Source: Eledone cirrhosa | Taxonomy: Eukaryota | DNA: 64,000 bases | Direction of reading: 5' to 3' | Assembly: GCA_964016885.1 (NCBI GenBank) | Contig: OZ024758.1 | Location: 13,516,001-13,580,000, forward strand | Shown: positions 39,233-54,277 of the stretch, piece after piece | How the letters are laid out: every line of letters starts with the position of its first letter | Numbering within the stretch: the stretch's first letter is position 1 | Notes under the pieces: generated by a model | The model's database searches: none | Seen by the model: the letters and a program-made list of their open reading frames with translations, nothing else | What the model was told of the DNA's origin: nothing | Translations under genes and position numbers: made by a program

Positions 39233-41359
39233 CTTATCCCTCATATATATATATATGGGCCTTCCAGTTTCATTTCACATTATATACATGTCTGTGTATA
39301 TTTTAATTATTTTTAAGTGAACGTGATTTAAAAAAAATATTTTGAGGTGAACGTGATCCATTGGGTCACGGGTGGTTTAGTATTACATAATACTTGACAT
39401 AAAAAATATAGAATCAAAAGAGAAGAAAGTATGGATTAAAAAATATGGACAAAAAATATAGGCCGTTTAAAGCTTTTGATCATAATAGATCTGTTAGAGC
39501 AGGTTTGACCTAGAAGTAGCAGTCAGTACAATTACTATTGCGATGTTATTGTTTAACTTAAGATCAACCATGGCTATGTATACCAGCAGCAAAGGCATGG
39601 ACACCCCCCTCCTTTTTTTTTGTGGAGCCTCATAAGACAGGTCGCACTACTATACAAAATTGAAAGCGCTTTTGTGCGGGTTGGCCTACTTCGTCTCTTC
39701 TTCATTGGCTTGTTTCGTGGTGTGACCTGATTGACACACTTAAGTTGACTTGCTGTTTTTTTTTTTTTTTTTTTTGCTTTGATTGTATTTTGTGTTATAT
39801 TTAGAAGGTTCCATGGGTCAAGATAGGGGCGTCCACTCCACAGCCCTGGGAGTATTGATACGATACTGCTAATTCTATCACAAGCAACAGTTAGAAGTGT
39901 GGACACGATAAAAAGAAGGTTCCATGAATTCTATTTGTATGAGATACTTCCTGGTTATAATATATTTTGAAATTAAGCGTGTCATTCAGAATAGCTGAAT
40001 GGACTGTATGCGGTTCCTGGATCGTACTTGACTAATGTAGCCGCTTGTTTGTTTGGTTCGAGTAATTGTGGTGATGCTTCCTATTCTATGTACTCTATAT
40101 AAATTTGCCCTCTGTCTAGCAGTTAACTTCTGTCTAGTTGACAGATATGAGAGCAGATAATTTTTGTAGTTGTTTTTAATAAATAATATTGTTTTATTAA
40201 TAAAAATGAAAAGAGATGATGATGAATCATTCGGCAATGTAGAACAAAGTCTTGTAAAGGTTAAACCTCTTAAATCTGGCACTCCATCGCCCAGTATAGT
40301 TTAAATTTGTCTTCTGGTATTACTGTGGGTTTTAGACTTTGATTGGCATAAAACAATGGAGAACATGTTTGAAAGCATTCGGGTGACCATGTTCTCACTC
40401 ATATAGGACTAACTGGCAGGTTTTCTACGGCTGGATGCCCTTCCTAACACCAACCACACTTAGTGTGGACTGGGAGCTTTTTACTGTCTCCTACACGACC
40501 ACATTACAGCGTGGACTGTGTTTTTTTGTCGTGACACCTACACAACCTCTTTAGTTTGAACTGGATGTTCTGTTGTACCAACTATATATATATATATAGT
40601 CTCCCTCTATTGGGGAAAATCGACTAACTTTTAAATTCCATCTGTGATAACATTTTACACGTTTTTATTGTATGTAAACTTCCCCCTTTGTATTTGTCCT
40701 CTTCTTTTGTGCCCCTGTGGCTAATAAAGAAATATATATATATATATATGTATATATATAGTAAAATCTTATGAAAGCTAAAAGAAAGCTTTAAATAACA
40801 ATAGCTCTAATAATTGTCTACTTTTGGCACAAGGCCAGCAATTACCCCAGTGTATTACTGGTACTTTATTTTATCGACCCCGTAAGGATGAAAGGCAAAG
40901 TTAACCTCAAATCCCGTCGAGGTTAACTTTGCTTTCTTTTAGCTTTCATAAGATTTTACTATACGCGGAAAAAATGAAACAAATTTCATTTCCCACTCTT
41001 AGTACGGCTGTTACTTAACCCTTTAGTGTTCAAACTGGCCAAAACCAGCCAGAATTCTCTAGCTCTTTCTGTTGAAACTGGCTGTAACTGGTTGCTGAAA
41101 CTGATGTTATGGTCTTGTTCTCAAAATAAATACTTTCAAAATCTCATAGATTCGATATTATTTGAGATAATTATGTGAGGTAAAGCCGTTACCATGAAAA
41201 TATAATAGTATATATAAAATAATGTGAATGTTAAAGGGTTAAATATAAGTATGTATACGTACATACATATATATATATACAGACGTACAGTAGTATGTAT
41301 ATATATATACACATATGCACACATATATATGTACGTATGGATTCACTGAACATTTATTA

Positions 41360-41394
<35 letters not shown>

Positions 41395-44383
41395 GGTACA
41401 ACAGAACATCCAGTCCAAACTAAAGAGGTTGTGTAGGTGTCACGACAAAAAAACACGGTCCACGCTGTAATGTAGTCGTGTAGGAGACACAGTAAAAAGC
41501 TCCCAGTCCACACTGTAAGTGTGGTTGGTGTTAGGAAGGGCATCCAGCCGTAGAAAACCTGCCAGTTAGTCCTATACGAGTGGGACAACTCCCGTCTAAC
41601 CCATGCTAGCGTGGAAGATGGACGTTAAACGATGAGGATGATGATATATATATATATATAGGAAAAGAGTCAGGACCCTAACGACAGAGCTCTGGCCGTT
41701 TCGACAGCTTAATATCAGTATGTGCGGCCAGTTACGGCCATTTTGAACAGAAAGAGGTGAGAGAATTCTGACCAGATACAGCCTGTTTAAATACTAAAGG
41801 GTTAATCTTTAAGACTAGGCTTCCTCTTCAGTGTGTGTGTATGGAGGGGGGTGGGGTTGCTCAGTTAAAAAAGCCTTTGACATAGTTGAATTATGAGTGT
41901 GTTAGAAGACAGATCTTGTATCTAAAATGGTGCTGTTGCTTTTCATAAACAGCCAAGATTGAATCAAATGAAGACCACTTGACTGAGAGAGAAATTCACT
42001 TACCAACACCTGGACATGCTGATTGTTTTGTCTACCTTTTCTATTCCTTCTACAATGGTTTCTACTAAGCAGAATTAGCAAGCTGTGTTATTTTTGCTCA
42101 AGGCTACAGGGTGTATTCACCTCTCTTATTTTTATTGTATCTCATCCCATAAATCCAACACTAAATACCTTACCTAGTAAATCTCTATCCCATTTGTACA
42201 TATTTTTCTTACAGGCCCCAACCAGATCAAGCTGACCCTCAATTGATTAACCCTTTAGCATTACATTAATACTACTGTATTTTCACAGTAAAAGCTTTAC
42301 CTCACATAATATCTCACATAACATTTACATTACTCCATATACACTATTGTATTTTCATGGTAAAGGCTTTACCTCACATAATATCTCACATAACATTTAC
42401 ATTACTCCATATACACTATTGTATTTTCATGGTAAAGGCTTTATCTCACATAATATCTCACATAACATTTACATTACTCCATATACACTATTGTATTTTC
42501 ATGGTAAAGGCTTTATCTCACATAATATCTCACATAACATTTACATTACTCTATATATACTATTGTATTTTCATGGTAAAGGCTTTATCTCACATAATAT
42601 CGAATCTATGAGATTTTATTGTTATTTATTTTGAGAACAATACCTTAACATTGGTATGAGCGGCCTGTTACAGCTAGTTTGAACAGAAAGAGGTTAAACC
42701 GGATAGGGCCGGTTTAACCATTTAGCATTTAAACTAGCCATATCTGGCCAGAATTCTCTCACCTCTTTCTATTCAAACCAGTCATAACCGTCCGCTCATT
42801 CTTATGTTAAGGTATTATTCACAAAATAAATATCAAAATCTCAGTTTCGATATTATGTGAGATAATTATGTGAAATAAAGTGTTTACCGTGAAAATACAA
42901 TAGTAAATATAGTTATGTAAATGCTTATCTATGTTAAGGGTTAAATGTTTATCTATGTTAAGTCTATGAGTTGATCTGCAAAGATCTTGAACATCCCCTC
43001 CCCTTATCCTAACTAGATAATGGAAAAAGTGCTTCCCTCAGTTTAGTTTCGAAGGCAGAAGTAGTTCTTTGTTTGAGGTCCTCATTTAACATTGGTTTGT
43101 TCTGCTAAGGACTACTACTGACTTTTCATAAACAAAATCAATCTCTCCACATGACTGATGATTATTGGTTTTTCATCAGTTTTTAACTCAGATTTGAGTT
43201 CATTGTTGTTTTATTGATGTTTCCATTAAAAGGACGTATCTTCAATTTAACCTAGTTTTACTCCAAAACTTACCGACAGCTACTGATAACGATTATCACT
43301 TTGACTCGCATACACACCTGTGTGTGCACACTGTATACACACACATGCACACACACACACTACATAACTGTCATGTTGCCTTACAGGAAGGACTGGAAGC
43401 TCTTTTGCCATGACACCAACACAACCACTTTACAGTGTGGACTGGGTGCTTTTCGTTGTCTCCAACACAACCACTTTACTGTGTGGGCTAGGTGTGTTTT
43501 GTTATGTCTCCAACACGACCACTTTACAGTGTGGACTGGGTGTGTTTTTTCATGTCTCCAACACAACCACTTTACAGTACATACACTAAAGGAATTGTTT
43601 GGGAAAAGTAGTCTCTGAAATCAGAGTTAATCACCCCCTTGATGACTAACACATAACATAAACAGATATATTGATTAATAATTAAATGACAATAGCCTTA
43701 AGTCCTCTAGCTCAATTAATCAATCTTACTTATCTACTAGAATGACACTTGTAAACATACTTACCATACCTCCATTCTAAAAATACTATACTTAAAGATT
43801 ACTTAACTGTAGAAAGTCATAATTAAAAACCTGCAAAGAATTTTGTCCAATGCTCTATCAATTCTGCCCATCTTCCTGCCAAAAAAATTTTTTTTACTGG
43901 ACCTACCTTCTTCGGGGTCCAATTAAGGGGTCTTATCACTTAACTAACACAGCGCCTAGTCCTAAATCCGGCACTGCCAAAATGCTTGTAACAGAATATA
44001 CTCCATTAATAGTAAAGATCTACACATGTTTGTGTGCTGGACTACGATACAACTTTGTATAGGAATGACATTTAAAATAGCTGTGACTGCTTTAACCCTT
44101 TAGTACTTAAACCGGCCATATCCGACCAGAATTCTCTCTCCTCTTTCTGTTCAAACCAGCCATAACCAGCTGCTCATACTTATGTTAACCGTTTTAGCAT
44201 TTACATTACTCTATGTATAGTATTGTATATTTTGGGTAAAGCCTTTACCTCACATAATATTGAATCTATGAGATTTTGATATTATTTATTTTGAGATCAA
44301 TACCTTAACATAAGTATGAGTGGCCAGTTCCAGCTGGTTTGGACAGAAAGAGGTGAGAGAATTCTGGCCGGATATGACCGGTT

Positions 44384-44653
44384 CATCAGTTGTCTGCTGG
44401 GGGTCTCGGATATTTCTACGCATTAAAGACAAGATGTCTACCCCAGTGCGTTCACGAACTAGGTAAGTTATTAGGGAAACGAAGGAAGGGGGGGGGGGGG
44501 GAGGGAAGAAAATATAGGATAACAGAAAGGAAAAAGGAAAAACCCTCCTGCCTTCGTTTTCCCAATAACTTACCTAGTTATTGAATGCATTGGGGGTAGA
44601 TATATTGTCTTTAATGCATAGAAATATCCGAGACTCCCAGCAGACAACTGGTG
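44384..44653. mobile_element. Foldback/MITE-like element with ~105-bp imperfect inverted arms
   Basis: CAGTTGTCTGCTGGG...GAAACGAAGG versus CCTTCGTTTT...CCCAGCAGACAACTG. Confidence 0.65.
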
Positions 44654-44846
44654 GGGACCCCCCCCCCCCTTCCGTTCTTCTTGCTTTCTTCTTTTATTCT
44701 TATTTTTAAGCATACCTTATCTAGCAACTACACAGCCAATTCTCTCTCTCTCTAGTTATGTAATAAACAAACTATTAAGCTCTGTAACCTACATAGAGCA
44801 CTCTTTTTTCCTGGACTTTTCCGACGGAATTACTTCATTCTCACAC

Positions 44847-44877
<31 letters not shown>

Positions 44878-45166
44878 GAAAGGTCGTGAGTTCAATTCTC
44901 AGACCGGGTGATGTGTTGTTTCCTTGAGCAAGACACTTTATTTCACATTGCTCCAGTTTACTCAGCTGTAGAAATGAGATGATAGGGACTGGGGTCCCTA
45001 TCATTCCACTGCAAAGTGGTCGTGGAGGTGCCATGGCAAAAAAGCACCCAGCACTCACTGTAAATGAGGTTGGTGTTAGGAAGGGCATCCAGCTGTAGAA
45101 ATCAAGCCAGAATCAGTTCCCGTCCCACCCTTGCAAGCAGGGAAAATGCGGACGTAAAATGAAATG

Positions 45167-45205
<39 letters not shown>

Positions 45206-47326
45206 ATAATATATAATATTAGTGAAGGCGTGTGGTTGAGTGGTTAGAGAATTGAATTCGCAATCGTAAGGTTGTGAGTTCGATTCCTGGACCAGGCGAT
45301 GCGTTATGTCCTTGAGCAAGACACTTTATTTCACGTTGCTCCTTCTACCTGGAGTTGCGACCGATAGATAGTATTAGCAATTGGAAAGACCAACGGAAAC
45401 ATTGTTCCCTCGGTCCGATTTGACGAAAGTCGATCGTCTTCCTATATATATAATGTATATATATGTATATATATGTGTACACATAGAGAGAAGGTAGAGT
45501 AATATAAATGCTAAAGGGTTACAACACTCTATACATGACATGTTACTTTATATAGAACTTATTGTTGTTACTTGTTAGGAATGGAATGTATATCCTACTT
45601 ATTGCCCCACCTCTCTCTGCCAGTCTTTCTCACACACTCTCTCTCTCTGTCAGTCTCTCTCTCTCTCACTCTCTCTCTCTGTCAGTCTCTCTCTCTCTCT
45701 CTCTCTCCCCCATATATAAAAACTTGAAGTATTTAGTTATAGAAGTGTTAATATATTTTATAATATATTTCAATCTTTATACAGAACTAACTTAATCTCT
45801 GTCTGTCTGTCTGTCTGTCTCTCTGTCTACCAGTCTGTGTCTGTCAGTCTCTCCCCCCCCCCCTCCTCTCTCTCACACATACCCACAGATACCTCTCTGA
45901 TAACGAAACTAAAACTAAAGTAATAATTATCATCGTCATCATCTTCATTTAATCTCCATCTTCCACGATGGCATGGGTAGGACACACACACACACACACA
46001 CACAAACTTACACTAACAACATAGCAAATGGAACGCCAGCTGCTGTTTTGCTATAGTTTTTCACCATATCCCCTTTCTTCCTTTTACATACACGTACATT
46101 CACACAAATCACAGACATTCACATTGTGTGACGGCCGGACAGACAAGCAGAAGTCGCTCAAATGACAATGATGATGATGATGTCTTTGCTAATTTGGTTT
46201 CATGTGGTAGAGAACTTTAAGAATAACCCCTTTAGGTCCCCTACACTGCTGGGATGTCTCAGCACAATAAGAGCAAGTGCTGCTGCTGCTGTTTTGTATG
46301 TGGTAACATAACAAGAGACTTGCCTGAGGTGCTGCAAAGTGAAATCAAATCTGGCACCCTGTGATTACACAGGGACCCTAATTTCCCTCCCTCCCTCTGG
46401 CTGGCTGGGTGGCTGGCTAATGGTCCACCTGACTACAACAGGTAGATAGCAATCAGTCCAGCCTCATTTAAATGTCATAGCTTTCTACTTTTGATGAGTT
46501 TTGAAATTTTGTTTGTCCCTATTTTACCCCTTATTATTTTGTATTTTGGTTATAGTAAACCTTCATTGACCTCATTCTTCACTGTTTAAAAAACACACAA
46601 AGAAATACATATGACAAATTCTACTATTATATATTATGTTAATGCTTGATAATCAAGAAAATCTTCTTTGAGATGTTAATATGGGGATTTTTTTAATTAA
46701 TTGTTTCTACTATTGGCACAAGGCCAGCAATTATCCCAGTGTATTACTGGTACTTTATTTTATCGACCCCCTCGTAAGGATGAAAGGCAAAGTTAACCTT
46801 GGCGGGATTTGAACTCAGACCATTTAATTAATAATACCTAACAAGCAAGCCGACAGACACAGACAATGCTACTGGTTTGGTTGGTGTATTATATTGTTTT
46901 TCTTGTTTATCCTCTTCACCATAATATAAAGGATGTCTGATGTGTCATGGCATGTATACCAGCTGTCAAAAGTGTTTCTTTTCTTTTTTTTATCATTGTT
47001 ATTATTGTTGTTGTTATTATTTCCAAGGGACGTGGTTTGGCAGTATCGGTAGAGCACCAGACACCATGCTTTGCAGCATAGTTACGGTCTGAGTTCAAAT
47101 CCTGCTGAGGTTGACTTTGCCTTTCATCCTTACGGGGTCGATAAAATAAAGTACCAGTAATGCACTGGGTAATTGCTGGCCTTGTGCCTAAAAGTAGAAA
47201 CAATTATTATTTCCATTAATTTTATTGTGCATCATTACTGCTTTACCGAGCACAGCTCTGTGCATCTTGGGTATGTGCAGTGTAGCTTTTTGCTGATGTC
47301 GTTTATTGTATTGGTAGTATTTTTTG

Positions 47327-47905
47327 TAATATATATACAGTACCAAATAGTGCTATCTTCTGTATGCTGTATATATTTGTAAGTCCTGTGGTACTCTATA
47401 TAATATATATACAGTACCTAGTAGTGCTATCTTTTGTATGCTGTATATATTTGTAAGTCCTGTGGTACTCTATATAATATATATACAGTACCTAGTAGTA
47501 CTATCTTTTGTATGCTGTATATATTTGTAAGTCCTGTGGTACTCTATATAATATATATACAGTACCTAGTAGTGCTATCTTTTGTATGCTGTATATATTT
47601 GTAAGTCCTGTGGTACTCTATATAATATATATACAGTACCTAGTAGTGCTATCTTTTGTATGCTGTATATATTTGTAAGTCCTGTGGTACTCTATATAAT
47701 ATATATACAGTACCTAGTAGTGCTATCTTCTGTATGCTGTATATATTTGTAAGTCCTGTGGTACTCTATATAATATATATACAGTACCTAGTAGTGCTAT
47801 CTTTTGTATGCTGTATATATTTGTAAGTCCTGTGGTACTCTATATAATATATATACAGTACCTAGTAGTACTATCTTTTGTATGCTGTATATATTTGTAA
47901 GTCCT
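47327..47905. repeat. 74-bp tandem repeat (~7.5 copies)
   Basis: Period 74 (47401, 47475). Confidence 0.95.
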
Positions 47906-49632
47906 GGGGTTTTGGTTATGTATTTATCTGTGTGTGTGTGTTTTTTTATCCTTCCCAGAGCCCCTATTATTATTATAGGTATTGTTGCTGTTTTATTATT
48001 ATTTTTATTTATTATTTTTTCCTTTTCTTGGTACTAATCACCTTGTTCTTCATTGTTTTTAGTACATGACAAAATCTCATGACTGTCACTCAATTTGTCC
48101 CTTCCCCCTTCAATATAAAGTAAGCACAATAGACAAGCTGTCTCTTGTTATTTGTTACCTCTGTTTATTAGGGTGGCGGGTGGCTGGTGGGTCGTTGTCA
48201 GGTAGGGGTATTATTATTATTATTATCTTTCATTTGAAATTCATCTATTATTAAATTATTTGCTACCCCTGACCACAGAACTTGTAATAAATGTATATAT
48301 ACTTACATGATACATATATAAATACTTTGTGTGTGTGTATATATATATATATATATGTATGTATGTGTGTGTGTATATACATATATGCATATATATATAT
48401 ATATGTATGTATGTATGTATGTATATATGTATGTGTGTGTATATACATATATGCATATATATATATATATGTATGTATGTATGTATGTATATATGTATGT
48501 GTGTGTGTATATACATATATGCATATATATGTATGTATGTATGTATGTATGTGTGTATATACATATATGCATATATATGTATGTATGTATGTATGTATGT
48601 GTGTGTGTGTATATACATATATGCATACATATATATATATATACATACATATATACATACAGATATATATATATATATATAGATATAGATATATATATAT
48701 ACATACAGATATATATATATATATATACATAGATATATATATATACATAGATATATATATATACATATATACATACAGATATATACATATATACATACAG
48801 ATATATATATATATACATAGATATATGGTGGCTGCCAACTCGTTTTCGAGTACGGCCACTACTTTATATCCATGTAGGAGAACCCCTACTGATGCGCTGA
48901 ACGAGTGTGACTTTTTAGTCCAGCCAGCGACTTGAAAACTCTGGTACATAGATATATATATGCATATATACACATAGATATATATATGCATATATACACA
49001 CAGATATATATATATATACATAGATATATATATACACACAGATATATATGCATATATATACACACAGATATATATGCATATATATACACACAGATATATA
49101 TATGCATATATATACATACACACAGATATATATACATATATATACATACATACATACATACACATATCTATATATATAATCATCATCATATATACATACA
49201 TACATACACATATCTATCTATATATATATATATATATATATCATCATCATCATATATATATATAATAATTGTTTCTACTTTTGGCACAAGGCCAGCAATT
49301 ACCCAGTGTATTACTGGTACTTTATTTTATCGACCCCGTAAGGATGAAAGGCAAAGTTAACCTCGGCGGGGTTTGAACTCAGATCATAAAGGGACGTAAC
49401 TCTATGCTTCAAAGCATGGTGTCCGACTCTCTACCGATACTGCCAATCCCCCGCCCTTCTTATATATATATAATAATGGCTGCGCGTTGCAAATGGTGGT
49501 GCATATGAAAAAGTGAGTCCTTCATCAGTGACCCTCCAACCGTCCCAGGCATTTCGTCGCTTTAAGGGCCATATGCCTCAGGTTGGTGCAAACAACGGGT
49601 AAAAAAAGTCGTTGGGACACGTAAATAAAGGG

Positions 49633-49668
<36 letters not shown>

Positions 49669-52600
49669 TCATCGTTTAACATCCATCTCCCATGCTGGCA
49701 TAGAGATATAGATAGACCCCTGCACAATGTGCATGTGTGAGAGTTGAAAGTTTTGATGTCATGAACTGAAATTTCAGCATATACACATATTTTATACATA
49801 TGACCTGAAAAAAGTGAAAATAATTGTTTGCATAAATAAACAATTCCCATTCCGATACTTTTTCTTCTTTGCTCACTTATTCTTGAGTGGGTCGTGGTGG
49901 CGGTGGTGTGATCAAGCACTCTTTCCAGTGGGTCTCAAAAGCAACTGTCTCCAACTGATCTAGCTGGATTCCCAAGCGAGACCAGCCAAGCTCATGGATG
50001 TTATCGATTCAATCTTGCTCAGGGTCTACCCCTGGGTTTCCAACTGGTTGCTTTTGATCTTTTTTTTCCTGAGACCCAAATATATGAAAATTTCAGGTCA
50101 TCTATTTTTGTTTTATTTGATGAAACTGAATAAAACACAGGTGCTTTGATTTCAGGTGTTATGTAACTTTAGAGCATTTAAAAAACTTTTTTTTTTTTTT
50201 TTCCCCCACAAACTCCTATTTATATGTCTAAATATCGTTAACCCTTTAGCATTTAAACCGACTGTATCCGGCCAGAATTTTCTTACCCCTTTGAACAGAA
50301 AGTGGGTGAAAAAATTCTGGCCAGATATAGCTACTCATACTGATGTTAAGGTATTGTTTTCAAAATAAATAATATTAAAATCTCATAGTTTCGATATTAT
50401 GTGAGATATTATGTGAAATAAAGTGTTTACCGTGAAAATATAATAGTAAATATAGAGTAATTGTTTCTACTTTTGGCACAAGGCCATCAATTACCCAGTG
50501 CATTACTGGTACTTTATTTTATCGACCCCGTAAGGATGAAAGGCAAAGTTAACCTCGGTGGGATTTGAACTCAGACCGCAAAGGGACGTAACTATGCTGG
50601 AAAGCATGGCGTCCGACCCTCTACCGATACTGCCAAGCCACCACCCATCATGACATCAGCACTAGAGAGGTTGTCAAGAACTTGGCATGACAGAAATCTT
50701 CTCTCTACCCTATATTGTCTCCATTCATTTGCCAACCACTTTACAGAGTGTACTGGGTGTACTTTATTGTGGCACCAACACTAGAAAGGTTGTCCTGTCC
50801 ACTGCAGGCTAAAAGAGACCTCTCTACTTCATGCAATTATAATAACTAGAGTAAATATAGAGTAATGTGAATGCTAAAGGGTTAAACCAGCAAAGTGGCA
50901 GAGTTGTTAGAATGTCAGATAGAATGCTTTATGGTATTCGTTCCGGTTCTCTGTTCTCGGAGTTCAAATCCTGCCGAGGTCAACTTTGCCTTCCATCCTT
51001 TCAAAGTTGATAAAAATAAAGTACCAGTAATGTACTGGGGTTGATTCTTCCTTTATATCTCTTTCTCATTTCCTCTCTCTCATTTTCTATCTTTCTCTGG
51101 AAGAAATCTGCTGTACTCAGGCCTGGAGAGGGATGGGCTCCACCACGCTTAAAATGCCCAAGAATCGCCGTAGGAGTTACGGGGACCATACATACAAATG
51201 AATATCAGCAGAATGGCACCTGGATGCCCCCCCCCCCTCTTAGAGTGTAAGAAGTTACGCGCAGAACACTCGTTTAGGGTGGGGGTGAGGTTCTGCTGTC
51301 CAGCTCTCTTGAGAGTTTCTTACCATTAAGGAGGCACATGGCTTAGGGGTTAGAGCATTGGCCTTGCAATCGAAAGGTTGTGAGTTTAATTCTCAGACCG
51401 GGTGATGTGTTGTTTCCTTGAGCAAGACACTTTATTTCACATTGCTCCAGTTTACTCAGCTGTAGAAATGACATGATAGGGACTGGGGCCCCTATCATTC
51501 CACTGCAAAGTGGTCGTGGAAGTGCCACGGCAAAAAAGCACCCAACACTCACTGTAAATGAGGTTGGTGTTAGGAAGGGCATCCAGCTGTAGAAATCAAG
51601 CCAGAATCAGTTCCCGTCCCACCCTTGCAAGCAGGGAAAAAGCGGACGTAAAAAAATGAAATGATGATGAAGAGTATTATATGTGTCTGAAGCCGAAGTT
51701 AACTTTGCCTTTCATCCTTACGGGGTCGATAAAATGAAGTACCAGTAATGTGCTGGGTAATTGCTGGCCTTGTGCCTGAAGTAGAAACAATTATATGTGT
51801 CTGAATTGGAAATGTATAATTTTACTCGAGTACAGACTCTGGCGTGGGTTGGATGCGTCATTGAGGTCTGAGACAAGACCGGGTGGATAACCACATATTT
51901 TGGAATGGCTTCTACAACTAGATGTCTCTCCTAATGCCAACAATTTACAGAGTGCACTGGGTGTAATTTATCATGGCACCAACACTACCTCTTGACAGTG
52001 TGTAGTGGAATCGTTTTATCATGACATCAGCACTAGAGAGGTTGTCAAGAACTTGGCATGACAGAAATCTTCTCTCTACCCTATATTGTCTCCATTCATT
52101 TGCCAACCACTTTACAGAGTGTACTGGGTGTACTTTATTGTGGCACCAACACTAGAAAGGTTGTCCTGTCCACTGCAGGCTAAAAGAGACCTCTCTACTT
52201 CATGCAATTATAATAACTAGCAGAAAAACAACCCTTCGGGTGGTTTTCTGCTAGCATGTGTAGTGTGTATATTGATATTATATGCAAATATATATACATG
52301 TAGATATGATACATCAAATAACATCGTAATTGACAATATACACAGAAATTGAAGAGAATCTGTGTTACACTCTCGTATGTAATCAGTAAAGTAATCCATG
52401 ACACATTAAAAAAAGACGATATTATATATAAACTGCATTAGGAGAAAAATTAGTGACAGAAATATATGAATGTTTATTTAAGCGATCGCTAACCGGAAGT
52501 GTTGAAATTTGAAAATTTTAAAGAAGTGAATCTTAAAATAAGTAACAGAATTATTTATATTTAATCAAGAATTACGAAATTTAGTAGATAAATTATGTAA

Positions 52601-52738
52601 TATTCATTCATTATTTATTCAAAGTAATCCAACTTATTTTACAAACGAGATAAAAAAATGTATTCTGGACACAGTCCCGCACTCCTTACTTTATAGTTTA
52701 GATAATTTGTTCAAATATTTTTTGTTTGTTTCTTGTAG

Positions 52739-52905
52739 GATGTGTTTTCAGCAGTACTACAGTTTCCCCTCGTCTTAAATTGGTTGGTCAGAATCGTTGC
52801 ACATGGGGCCCAGCATACTGGTGCAGCCATGTAGCTAAAGCTAAAGAATGTGGAGCCATTGAGCACTGTGCTACTGTTTGGGGAAAGTTAAAGTTCCCTG
52901 AGAAA
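52739..52905 (+). CDS. PSAP: Prosaposin-like exon 2, saposin A-type (SapA) domain
   Basis: ttcttgtag acceptor, AAA|gtaagt donor. Encodes (G)CVFSSTTVSPRLKLVGQNRCTWGPAYWCSHVAKAKECGAIEHCATVWGKLKFPEK; CTWGPxYWC...C....HC...W is the SapA signature. Confidence 0.95.
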
Positions 52906-53069
52906 GTAAGTGTTCAGTAATTACAATATATAAAAGTTTTATATTAAATAATTATTATAGTAAATGTCTGAAGTTACATGTTAAATCTTCTCTTCTTACA
53001 CCCAGATTGTCCTATTGAAGCAGATTCCTCAGGCACAGCATCCTGTGGACCTTATCAGGGCAGAGCCCT

Positions 53070-53310
53070 CTGGAACAGCTTCCAGGCAGTCATAAGGGAG
53101 CAGTGTCCTCAGAAACAGTTTCCAGGAGGTCACAAGCCAGCCTCAGAAACAGCTTCCAGGGGCTCATAAGCCAGCAGTGTCCTCACAGTTTCCAGGAGGT
53201 CACAAGCCAGCCTCAGAAACAGCTTCCAGGGGCTCATAAGCCAGCAGTGTCCTCACAAACAGTTTCCAGGAGGTCACAAGCCAGCCTCAGAAACAGCTTC
53301 CAGGAGGTCC
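53070..53310. repeat. ~33/67-bp tandem repeat
   Basis: CAG(T/C)TTCCAGG..GTCA(C/T)AAGCCAGC units. Confidence 0.85.
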
Positions 53311-53590
53311 TACCAGAAGCAAACATAGCCAAATAACCTGACTAGATTCCCATATTATTTTAGTTTTCTGAATTGGCAGTATCGGTAGAGAGTCTGACGC
53401 CATGCTTTCTAGCATAGTTACGTCCCTTTACGGTCTGAGTTCAAATCTCATCGAGGTTAACTTGTCCTTTCATCCTTCCGGGGTTGATAAAATAAAGTAC
53501 CACTAATGTACTGGGTAATTGCTGGCCTTGTGCCAAAAGTAGAAACAATTATTTTAGTTTTCTAATTGTTTTTTTTTCTTCTGTTAACAG

Positions 53591-53662
53591 GCAGAAACCT
53601 GTGCCATTTGTGAGTCCTTCGTTATTGGAGCTGAGAAACTCAACACAAACAAAATCCCAATG
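53591..53662 (+). CDS. PSAP: Prosaposin-like exon 3 (SapB repeat 1, CxxC)
   Basis: Polypyrimidine tract with aacag acceptor, ATG|gtattt donor, phase 0/0; AETCAICESFVIGAEKLNTNKIPM. Confidence 0.88.
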
Positions 53663-53747
53663 GTATTTTTATATAATTACACTTTCTGTTCTGTTATTTT
53701 CTTTTTCTTCTTTTCATTTCCACTTTTTTTTTCTCTTTTGGTTCCCT

Positions 53748-54184
53748 TTAACCCTTTAGCATTTAAATTGGCCGTATCCGGCCAGAATTCTCTCAACTCC
53801 TTCTGTACAAACTGGCTGCAACCAGCCGCTCATACTGATGTTAAGGTATTGTTCTCAAAATAAATATCAAAATCTCATAGATTAAATATCACGTGAGATA
53901 TGTGTAATAAAGTCTTTACTGTGAAAATACAATAGTATATATAGAGTATTGTAAATGTTATGTGAGATATTATGTGAGGTAAAGCCTTTACCATGAAAAT
54001 ACAATGGTATATATAGAGTAATGTAAATGTTATGTGAGGTATTATGAGGTAAAGCCTTTACTGTGATAATACAATAGTATATATAGAGTAATGTAAATGA
54101 TATGTGAGATAAATATGTGAGGTAAAGCCTTTACCATGACAATACAACAGTAAATATAGAATAAAGTAAATGCTAAAGGGTTAA
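53748..54184. mobile_element. piggyBac-type MITE with internal tandem amplification, PSAP intron 3
   Basis: TTAACCCTTTAGCATTTA ... TAAATGCTAAAGGGTTAA; a similar internal amplification occurs at 42290-42600. Confidence 0.8.
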
Positions 54185-54277
54185 TGTAGATTTTGAAATA
54201 AAGTCCATCAAAAATATTGGATTGATCAGTGAAAATATTGTTTTATTTACAATTGTCTTTGTTTTGGTCTATTTCAG

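Noticed and set aside
39574-40380. Minus-strand ORFs possibly from a LINE
   Set aside because: No motif I can identify with confidence.
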